Shown here one piece after another: positions 1 through 7,689 of a stretch of DNA of 64,000 nt. The position numbers were made by a program, and so were the translations under genes. Source of the DNA: Thermodesulfobacteriota bacterium (GTDB lineage: Bacteria; Desulfobacterota_D; UBA1144; Nemesobacterales; UBA2774); contig OZ244197.1 in the NCBI GenBank assembly GCA_965216785.1, forward strand, positions 608,001-672,000. The letters are read 5' to 3'. The notes under the pieces were generated by a model. It did not search any database. It had not been told where the DNA came from and worked only from the letters and a program-made list of their open reading frames with translations. Every line of letters starts with the position of its first letter. Within the stretch, counting starts at the first letter, position 1.

Positions 1-780
1 CTCTGCAAAAGCGAAGGGTAGAATCTCGCAGTTCCCGGTATCCTCAGCCAGGGGTACGAATGTTACATCAACGCTTCCTTTATCCTTTCGTGGGCATCCC
101 CAGACGCACCCGTTACAGTAATTACAAGGGGGGGCATCTCTATAGACCTCAGATAATATGGCTACGGTGTTGGGCTCTATGTTTATGCCAAGCTTATTGC
201 ACCCTTTGTTTACAACCTGGCTCGCGTAACTGAGGTCATGGGGTTTAAGCGGATATGGTTTGGTCCTTGGCCGAGAGGGGACTTTGTCCGGTCCGGCTAC
301 ACCTATGATATTCTCAACACTCGTGTAATATGGCTCTAAATCCTTATATTCAATAGGCCAGTCTACCGCAACGTCGAAAAGGGTCTTCATCCGGAAAGCC
401 TTTTCATTTAGCCGGTGCGCCTCTCCCTGGTAATGGAGCGTAGTGCCTCCGACACCCGGGACCTGCTGGTACATGAGGTACTTTCTATGATCTGTCTTGT
501 TGAAAGTGCCAGAGCCCATATTCCAGGACTTGAGACTTTCGTATTGGGAATCTAAATTCTGCGCCTTTCCGTATGTGACTTTTATCTTTTTCTTGTAAGG
601 GAAGCCCTTTGTTTCCCAATCCTGATCGGCAAGCGCGTAATCTTTTAAGGGATTATAGCGGGCTCCGGCTTCAAGCACTAGAACCTTCATGCCAGAAGAC
701 GCAAGCTTCCATGCAAACGGAGCTCCACCGGGGCCAGAACCTATCACTACACAGTCATATTTTTTATCTTTAGAAGGCAT
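1..780 (-). CDS. GMC-family FAD oxidoreductase, large subunit (runs off the window edge)
   Basis: Not in the ORF track. Hand translation from ATG 780 gives MPSKDKKYDCVVIGSGPGGAPFAWKLASSGMKVLVLEAG (Rossmann GxGxxG), GVGGTTLHYQG, DWPIEYKDLEPYY and CNYCNGCVWGCP. Confidence 0.9.
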   Translation of the reverse strand, partial: MPSKDKKYDCVVIGSGPGGAPFAWKLASSGMKVLVLEAGARYNPLKDYALADQDWETKGFPYKKKIKVTYGKAQNLDSQYESLKSWNMGSGTFNKTDHRKYLMYQQVPGVGGTTLHYQGEAHRLNEKAFRMKTLFDVAVDWPIEYKDLEPYYTSVENIIGVAGPDKVPSRPRTKPYPLKPHDLSYASQVVNKGCNKLGINIEPNTVAILSEVYRDAPPCNYCNGCVWGCPRKDKGSVDVTFVPLAEDTGNCEILPFAFAE

Positions 781-879
781 ACTTGTGAGCGGTTGATAAT
801 ATAAATAACCTATTGCTTTATGTCAATTTATAAGTTATACATTTGCCTTTATTCCATTAGTAGAAGAGAGGATTTAAAT

Positions 880-1713
880 ATGAAAAGGTTATTGGTACTG
901 CTCATTCTGCCGGTTGTGATAGTAGCCGCTTGCGGAGCTCCGGATAAGAGTGAGGATAAAGCTGAGAATAAGACGGTAAACGAATCGGGCAATAAATCTC
1001 CGGAACAGGCGCAAAGCGCGTTGAAAATAGACCCTAAACCGCAAAGAGACAGTAAAGTGGTAGCGAGGGTGAACGGGGTACCCATCTATGAGGACGAGCT
1101 CAAAGGCAGGCCACTGCAGTATTTGATCACTGAGGAAGTGCTTTATCAAAAAGGACTCGGGCTCGGGCTTGGTGAGAAATATGCCGAAAAGATTAGGGAT
1201 TACAATAAACAGCTGATTGTTCACGATTTAAAAATGGATATTCTTGAGAATTTACCTCCTACAAAAGAGATATCCGATGAGGAAGTGAAGGCCTATTACG
1301 ATAATAACCCTGAAAGGTATACATTCGTACGAATGCATGAAGTAGGCTTTGTGGATAAGAATCTGGGCGATGAAATACTGGCTAAGGTCAAGAACGGTGA
1401 AGACTTAACCGAGATCGTAAACGCTTACGTAGAATCCGGGGCTAACGTAGTGGGCAGAGATCTGGGATTCAACAGAGAGATGGTAAAAGAATTCGATAAC
1501 ATTGAGCTTGGAGCCGTAACTGATGTACTTACAAAACCCGACGGCTCGTACAGCGTAATTAAAATTGTGGAGATAAAACCAATCCCACTCCGACAAACGG
1601 AACGCGCTATCAGGCAACTGCTCGAGGCAAAAAGAAAATCTTACGCAAATGACAATTATGCAAATCAAATTATTGAAGAAAACGGTATAGAAGTTGAGAT
1701 TATAGACAATTAG
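880..1713 (+). CDS. PpiC/PrsA-like foldase lipoprotein (degenerate parvulin domain)
   Basis: Start moved to ATG 880 (GAGG upstream). Lipobox VAAC; VVARVNG; ISDEEVKAYYDNN; GRDLGF; YSVIKIVE. Confidence 0.75.
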   Translation: MKRLLVLLILPVVIVAACGAPDKSEDKAENKTVNESGNKSPEQAQSALKIDPKPQRDSKVVARVNGVPIYEDELKGRPLQYLITEEVLYQKGLGLGLGEKYAEKIRDYNKQLIVHDLKMDILENLPPTKEISDEEVKAYYDNNPERYTFVRMHEVGFVDKNLGDEILAKVKNGEDLTEIVNAYVESGANVVGRDLGFNREMVKEFDNIELGAVTDVLTKPDGSYSVIKIVEIKPIPLRQTERAIRQLLEAKRKSYANDNYANQIIEENGIEVEIIDN

Positions 1714-1752
1714 AAGAAGCTTTAGTAAAGTGCGGGAGCATTCAGAATAATA

Positions 1753-2280
1753 ATGGCAAATTCAAGAAGAGCTTTTATAAAAACACTGACTGTCGGGGTA
1801 TTGGGCTCTGAAGCTATAGCCGTATTGCCAAAAAAGGCTTTTGCTAAAAACGAGACCAAATCATCGGGCATCGAAATTCAAAAAGGATATAAGGTATTTG
1901 ATCCCAATACACAAAAAACGATGGAAGCGCTTACTGAAGCTCTGATACCCGGTTCAGAGGAATTTGGAATTAATGAAAAAATCTTTAGCTATGTTCAAAG
2001 AGACAGGGCCGCCGCCACTTTTTTTGACGCGGGGCTTTGGAATATAGATGCCGTATCTAGACAAAAATATGACAAGCCTTTTTATGAGTTGACGAATAAA
2101 GAGGAGACAATAGAAATAATAAATCATGTTAAAAAAAATAATAGAAGGTTTTTCGTGCAATTCAGATACCTTACAATGAGACTATTCTTTGCTGACCCCA
2201 AGGTATGGGAAAGCCTTTCTTACAACGGCCCTCCTCAGACAAAAGGCTTTTTGAATTATTCAGAGCCCCCCGAAAGCTAA
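1753..2280 (+). CDS. Tat-exported gluconate-2-dehydrogenase subunit-3 (gamma)-like protein
   Basis: SRRAFIK Tat motif; EALIPG; KPFYEL; FFADPKVWESLSYNGPPQTKGF; GMC gene nearby. Confidence 0.75.
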   Translation: MANSRRAFIKTLTVGVLGSEAIAVLPKKAFAKNETKSSGIEIQKGYKVFDPNTQKTMEALTEALIPGSEEFGINEKIFSYVQRDRAAATFFDAGLWNIDAVSRQKYDKPFYELTNKEETIEIINHVKKNNRRFFVQFRYLTMRLFFADPKVWESLSYNGPPQTKGFLNYSEPPES

Positions 2281-2294
2281 ATAATAAGTTTTTG

Positions 2295-3419
2295 TTAAGG
2301 TTTGTAAACAGATATAAGACCTAGCGTCTTATCCACAAGGTTATCTATATCGATCCGATCCTCAAGCTCTTTTATGTGTCTATGGTTGGCCCTGGTTCTG
2401 GGATTTGAAGATACAATTGAGCAGCAGTCCTTATAGGATACAATGGAACCCTCGTAAGTTCCTATTTTCTTGGCAAGATCTACAATCTCCTGTTTATCAT
2501 AAGATATTAGCGGTTGAAATATCGGTAAAGAAACCGCTGAGCTAACCTCTGCTATGTTATCCATTGTCTGTGAGGCGACCTGACCCAGACTGTCACCAGT
2601 CACAAGGGCTTTACAGCCGTTCTTAATGGCTAAGCGCTCGGCTACCTTAACCATGAACCTCCTGAACAAAACAAGCTCGTGTCCTTTTGTGTTTATTTCC
2701 TTGAGCATTTCGGTCTCAAAAAGATAGTAAGGGGCCAGATATAAAACATATTCGTTTTGAAACTTGCCTAAGCAGCTTAATATCTGGACCATCTTGGTAT
2801 TTTTTACATGTTCGTTCTCTGAGAAAACGTGAAAATGAAGATAATGCACAACGCAGCCCCTTTTCATCATAAGGTACGAGGCTACCGGGGAGTCGATACC
2901 CCCGGATAGAAGCGATAGTACTTTACCGCTCACACCGACAGGGAGGCCTTTTAAGCCCTGTTTTTTCTTAAAATAGACATATACCTCATCAGCGATCTCT
3001 ATAAATACACTGAGCCCCGGATTTTTTAGATCAACCTTCATACCGTACTCAGTAAGCACTTCATTACCTATTATTTTCGCCGTTTCCACTGAGTCGTATG
3101 GAAAACCTTTATCCGAGCGTTTCACATATATACCAAAGCTAGGCTTAGATTGGTTTCTCTTACCAACCTCTTCTAAAGCGGCCTTCTTAATAGAATCCAG
3201 ATTCTTGTCCACTATAAGAGCCTCTGCAAACCAAGAAATTCCAAATATATTTTGGAGGTTATCGGGGTTTCCGCCGTCAAGCACAAACCGTCCTCTAAAG
3301 CGCTTTATGCGACCTCCCGTTGCGGTCTCTATATTGTCTTTTAATCTGATTTCGAATAAATCTCTATTCCTGCCTTTAAGTGACAGCTCACCATAGTGAA
3401 TAAGAGTTACTTTTTTCAT
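2295..3419 (-). CDS. thiI: tRNA 4-thiouridine(8) synthase ThiI (no rhodanese domain)
   Basis: HYGELSLKGRNR, THUMP domain, LLSGGIDSPVA PP-loop, TGDSLGQVASQT, DCC. Confidence 0.95.
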   Translation of the reverse strand: MKKVTLIHYGELSLKGRNRDLFEIRLKDNIETATGGRIKRFRGRFVLDGGNPDNLQNIFGISWFAEALIVDKNLDSIKKAALEEVGKRNQSKPSFGIYVKRSDKGFPYDSVETAKIIGNEVLTEYGMKVDLKNPGLSVFIEIADEVYVYFKKKQGLKGLPVGVSGKVLSLLSGGIDSPVASYLMMKRGCVVHYLHFHVFSENEHVKNTKMVQILSCLGKFQNEYVLYLAPYYLFETEMLKEINTKGHELVLFRRFMVKVAERLAIKNGCKALVTGDSLGQVASQTMDNIAEVSSAVSLPIFQPLISYDKQEIVDLAKKIGTYEGSIVSYKDCCSIVSSNPRTRANHRHIKELEDRIDIDNLVDKTLGLISVYKP

Positions 3420-3483
3420 ATGCCTTACCGAATTGTAAATTTTGATTTACGACAGTTTATGAAATGAAAGGATATATGAATAT

Positions 3484-3524
3484 AAAAAAACCCGGAAGAG
3501 CTAATTTCTAACTCTCCCGGGGTT
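3484..3524 (-). terminator. Intrinsic terminator of the surface-protein operon
   Basis: Minus strand CCCGGGAGAGTTAG-AAA-TTAGCTCTTCCGGG followed by T7. Confidence 0.85.
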
Positions 3525-3562
3525 AATTGTTATCTTAATGTAAAACCGAAGAAAGAATAAGA

Positions 3563-3589
3563 GACGGCAGGACCGAAGATCCCGCCGTC
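3563..3589 (-). other. GC-rich 3'-UTR hairpin with cUUCGg tetraloop
   Basis: Minus strand GACGGCGGGATC-TTCG-GTCCTGCCGTC, 15 nt after the stop codon; no U-tract. Confidence 0.75.
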
Positions 3590-3604
3590 AAGGGTTAGTC
3601 TAAG

Positions 3605-5560
3605 TTATTTCTTTCTTCTTCTCATAGCTCTGATACCGAATACGAACGCTACAGGTACCAGCGGAATCAGTACGTTGGCGAATGCCGTGCCAAGCTGTAC
3701 AGGGTTTCCGGCGATTGCGCAGCTACCACTTCCGCCACCACGGTTAGGCGTGGTCGTCGGAGGAGCCGTCGTCGGTCCGAGTGTCGGAGCCGTCGTCGGA
3801 GGAGCCGTCGTCGGAGGTCCTACGAAGTTGTCGCTAAGAATAAGCGCTTCGTCGATTCCGAGTCTTGCGAAACAAACTGGAAGCTCGCCGCAACTCGTGA
3901 ACTTCTCTACGTCGTTCCAGATACCGACTACCGCGTTGATGAAAGCTGCCTGCGGTGTATATGAAGGCAGATATTCATCATAGAAGTTGATGTGAACTGC
4001 ATCAGCTCCAGCAGTACCTGTCTGGGCATCGAACTGTCCTGCGAATACGTTCGGAACGATTACGTCTAGGAACGCATTCTCGGATCCGTCAAGGATACCG
4101 TCACACTCGAGTGTTTCAATAATAGTGTCGAGTACTGTGAAGTTATCTACAAAAGCTCCAGTGTTGTCGCCACCATCTGTACAACCCGCCTCAGAAGTCT
4201 GTCCGGTGATGTACTGAACAGCATAAGTACCAGGTCCGTCTATGGAAAGTGACTCGCCAGTGAAGAACGCAGAGCGGCCAGCTATAAAGTCGAAGTTACT
4301 ACCAGCACCTGATACGTTGTACTGCTGTGCATCAGTACCCAAACCTGTACATGTATTACCATTAGCAGGGTCATCGCCGAGCGCTGCCGCGTTATAACAC
4401 CTGCAGTCCTCGAAGTTAGCAACACCAGTGGTGTCATCAATTATACAGACCATCGCATAGTTAGCACAGGTCGTAAAACTATCCGGAAGCAGGAACGATA
4501 GGTCATAGGTAAGAGTTTTACTCTCATCAGTCGTGAAAATGTTACTGGTTACAACAGTCACGTTCGTCTCAAAAGCAGCACCCGAATCAATAAGGTTCGG
4601 TCGTGCGAGCTCAGTAAACGGCCCACCCTGGTATGGTAGAGACGGATTGAAAGTTGATGAGACTGCAAAACCCATGAACAAGTTAGAGTTGGGGTTATCA
4701 GCGTCAGGGCCAGAAGCAGCAGGTATCGGTACAGTTCCCACAGCTATATTAGCCTCGGTGATTCCACTCGATTGACCCTGGCCAACTGACCATGGTCCGA
4801 TGGTCGGTCCATTCTGGAAACTTCCATTCTGGACAAGGTTAACTGTTGTCGTTGTTGTTATATCAAAGCAAACACCCTCTCTGTGATAGGTAGCAAAACC
4901 ATACATGTAATCTGATTCTGCAACACTTTTAATGAAAGTGTTACCAGCTAGATAGTCATGCTCTTGCGCTTGACCAGGAGTCGGGCAGTTGTCAACAGCC
5001 GTTACAGTTACAAAACCCTCTTTACCCTGAAGGTTAGCATCGGCTTCGTCAACACCTATGTTTGAAATGATATCTCCAAAGTTATATACGTGAGTATCGA
5101 ACTCAGTGTAGAAATCACAGAAGTTTCTGATTTCAACACAGTTTTCGTCAAATATATGCACGTGAACCCAGGTACCAGTTTCGTTTATAGCGTTGGTTAC
5201 CTGAAGGTACGTGTTTCTGCCATCTTTCTGTGTCCACCAAGAAACAATCTGTGAACCAGTTTCGTTAGTCGGTGTAGGACTGAAGAAAGAGGTAAAATCT
5301 ACATGCTGCCAGTCCATACCACCGTGTAGCGGCCCTCCGATAAGGCTATCGACGGTACCGATGAGCGCACCCGAGAAGTCCGGGAACGGCAAAGCCGGAG
5401 CAGCCTCTACATTTACTTCTAGCCAACCTGTAGTGTCTGGTACAGCCGGGCAGAACAGGCCGTCAGTGCCAACTTGGGCCTGAGCCTGGTTCTGAAAACC
5501 AAACCCTAGCAAGACAAGCATTATTACAGCTACCAAAGAAAATCTTAACTTGCTTATCAT
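3605..5560 (-). CDS. Secreted acidic Cys-rich surface (S-layer-like) protein with PTTAP linker and Cys-containing C-terminal sorting signal
   Basis: Sec signal (AQAQ); AGGAGG RBS; C-terminus GGGSGSCAIAG + hydrophobic helix + RRRKK; shares motifs with the upstream paralog. Confidence 0.75.
   Translation of the reverse strand: MISKLRFSLVAVIMLVLLGFGFQNQAQAQVGTDGLFCPAVPDTTGWLEVNVEAAPALPFPDFSGALIGTVDSLIGGPLHGGMDWQHVDFTSFFSPTPTNETGSQIVSWWTQKDGRNTYLQVTNAINETGTWVHVHIFDENCVEIRNFCDFYTEFDTHVYNFGDIISNIGVDEADANLQGKEGFVTVTAVDNCPTPGQAQEHDYLAGNTFIKSVAESDYMYGFATYHREGVCFDITTTTTVNLVQNGSFQNGPTIGPWSVGQGQSSGITEANIAVGTVPIPAASGPDADNPNSNLFMGFAVSSTFNPSLPYQGGPFTELARPNLIDSGAAFETNVTVVTSNIFTTDESKTLTYDLSFLLPDSFTTCANYAMVCIIDDTTGVANFEDCRCYNAAALGDDPANGNTCTGLGTDAQQYNVSGAGSNFDFIAGRSAFFTGESLSIDGPGTYAVQYITGQTSEAGCTDGGDNTGAFVDNFTVLDTIIETLECDGILDGSENAFLDVIVPNVFAGQFDAQTGTAGADAVHINFYDEYLPSYTPQAAFINAVVGIWNDVEKFTSCGELPVCFARLGIDEALILSDNFVGPPTTAPPTTAPTLGPTTAPPTTTPNRGGGSGSCAIAGNPVQLGTAFANVLIPLVPVAFVFGIRAMRRRKK
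3753..3820 (-). repeat. Imperfect ~15-bp tandem repeat encoding PTTAP units
   Basis: (GGAGCC)GTCGTCGGA units; protein GPPTTAPPTTAPTLGPTTAPPTTT. Confidence 0.9.
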
Positions 5561-5631
5561 TTATTTATCCTCCTTTTTGAATTTTGTTACGCAATTGTAA
5601 GTCATTGTTGTTTACCTTTGTCATTTTTATT

Positions 5632-6753
5632 TTAAAGATCCTCTGTCGGCTCTAACGTAGGAGGAAAATCTTCCTCGTCATCCGAAGCAAGCCAAGAATC
5701 CATGGATCCCGTACCGTTTCCGTTGTTAAGGCCTAAGAAACCAACGAAAAATAGATCTTCATCTGGGGAATCCTCAAAGAAGACCGGCAGGTACAACCAA
5801 CCAGCGTCATTGGATTCGCTGAGCGTGCTGTCGTTGCATATACGGTTACCCAAGTCAGCCTGCTTACTGTTAGGAATAGAGTTATCTATACCTCTGTTGA
5901 AGTTGCCAATCGAGCAGTCAAAGAATGTCGGGCTGCAAGACGTACCGTCTTCAAATTCATCGAATATATGAACCTGCGGGTTGCTAACTTCAAACGGGTC
6001 ACCAGAATTGGAGCCGAATGTAATTCCAAAGAATGGTGATGCGGTAACAGTATCGAAGTCAACCTCTTCATAGACTATACCAACAACATCTGAGAGGTTA
6101 TTGCCGTCTACGTTATTGAAGTTCAATATGAAATCTGTCGTTTCATCCCCAAAGAAGTCTTCTCCCGCTGCATTAGTTCTGTATTCATAACCAGAAGCGT
6201 CTAATATGCGGAATAAGCCAATCATCGCGAAGTCGTCACCCGAGATAAGCGAAATCGAAACGAAACCGTAACTGTTGGACAGATCCGGGTCCGGAGCCGA
6301 TTCACACTCGGAATTTGGTAATCCGTCGGCTGTACAGTTGCTTACCAAGTTCTCAATATCGTAAACGTGTGTATCGCCCTTAGTGTAAACATCGTCCCAG
6401 TTTACCTCTTCGCATGCACCAAAAGGCTGGTCAACAGTAGTTGCACCAACATTAAAAATCTGTACGTGAACAACTATTGTGCTCGTCGATGTATTGGTCA
6501 GCTGAAATAGGGTGTCCCTATCTCTTGTATCCCAATAGTAGATGAGTCTGTTCACTCCAGTATCTGTCTGGTCAACCAGCGGCAATACGTTACCGCCGGG
6601 GCCGCCAGCGATTGACTGCGTCGGTAGAACCAGCATTGGTAAAACCAAAAGAAAAGCAAGTACTAACAAGTACTTTATTTTGGACATAATATCCTGTAGC
6701 ATTGAACCTTTCCTCCTTGTTATAGTATTGTTGATTATGTTTCCTTTGTTCAT
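5632..6753 (-). CDS. Secreted acidic protein, paralog of the 3605-5560 core domain
   Basis: Signal-like hydrophobic stretch; WDTRDRDTLFQLTN..VHVQIF..C..YTKGDTHVYD matches the neighbour. Start is ambiguous (6753, 6702 or 6687). Confidence 0.75.
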   Translation of the reverse strand: MNKGNIINNTITRRKGSMLQDIMSKIKYLLVLAFLLVLPMLVLPTQSIAGGPGGNVLPLVDQTDTGVNRLIYYWDTRDRDTLFQLTNTSTSTIVVHVQIFNVGATTVDQPFGACEEVNWDDVYTKGDTHVYDIENLVSNCTADGLPNSECESAPDPDLSNSYGFVSISLISGDDFAMIGLFRILDASGYEYRTNAAGEDFFGDETTDFILNFNNVDGNNLSDVVGIVYEEVDFDTVTASPFFGITFGSNSGDPFEVSNPQVHIFDEFEDGTSCSPTFFDCSIGNFNRGIDNSIPNSKQADLGNRICNDSTLSESNDAGWLYLPVFFEDSPDEDLFFVGFLGLNNGNGTGSMDSWLASDDEEDFPPTLEPTEDL

Positions 6754-6890
6754 ATACATCCTCCTTTTATTTTTCAAATTTCAGTAAATATCCAGGATTT
6801 GCAAGCGTTAGGCAAGCTCCATCTCCTTTAATTTAACATAAGAACATACGCAAAAACGCAAACTTATAAACAAATTCACAACTGCACAGA

Positions 6891-6919
6891 ATTACAACAT
6901 AGAATAAAAGCCTTGTCAA
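6891..6919 (-). promoter_or_regulatory. sigma70-type promoter P1 of the surface-protein operon
   Basis: TTGACA-17nt-TGTAAT on the minus strand. Confidence 0.75.
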
Positions 6920-6994
6920 GTCCTTTTCTCTTGCAATTATTAAGAACTTGGGGGCTATGTTGTCTCATGCACTGCCTCCTTCAAAATTAAAGCA

Positions 6995-7023
6995 ATTACA
7001 TCATAAATAAAAGCCGATGTCAA
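6995..7023 (-). promoter_or_regulatory. sigma70-type promoter P2 (duplicate of P1)
   Basis: TTGACA-17nt-TGTAAT; spacer shares GGCTTTTATT with P1. Confidence 0.75.
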
Positions 7024-7689
7024 GCGTTTTAAGAAAGCGCTAAAAATTCGATCCGGGCTTGTATTTATGACTAAAATCTAACCTGTGGTTTGTAATTATA
7101 AACATTTTTGAATCTTTTGTACATAGCTCTATCCGATATTTATGGAAGGAAGATGATTTTCGGTATCAAAATTAGAATAGAAGTTAATGAGGCTATCTTA
7201 CTTTTATATATTAACCCTTCAGCCTGCCTCTGGGGCGTTTTGATATATACAATTGGCTATTCAGCATGAAACGCCCTTTGTGAGCACTATATACATAGGG
7301 TTTTCTCTCACCCTGCGTCTCCCGTCGGGTTTTCTGATTAACCGGTAGTATTGACTCATATGAGAATCCACTGAACTTTAGAGCCCTTAATACCTGGCGG
7401 CTGAGCAAACGGCATAAGGCATATGGGTATATATTATATATGTGTAATATATTACATGAAGCGGAAGTAGTTCATAATAAATACCCACCTAATATAAAAA
7501 TCGGTTAAAATTATCTTTCGGACTAAGAGCTATAGACGTGTATCATTATCTGGGGCGGGGGCAATTGAAACTCGGAGCAAAAATGTTAACCTAGCCAAAT
7601 TAAATATTAAACGGTAAAGAGTTAAAAATTGAGTGGAGAATATTGTAAAGATTTGACCTTATATATATTATGAAGACTAAGGAGAATAT

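Noticed and set aside
3753-3820. Short repeats as a CRISPR array
   Set aside because: In-frame coding repeats with no spacers and no cas genes.
4103-4870. Insert beginning 'CF' as a possible intein or Hint domain
   Set aside because: No terminal HN/HQ before the downstream Cys (it ends LE-C), no TxxH block B, and the protein is secreted.
7310-7336. AAACCC-GAC-GGG-AGACGCA (minus strand) resembling c-di-GMP-I riboswitch P2
   Set aside because: It lacks the GNRA tetraloop, the GCAAA junctions and a P3 receptor.
7211-7408. 65-aa minus-strand ORF
   Set aside because: TTG start, no SD and no recognisable motif; treated as non-coding.
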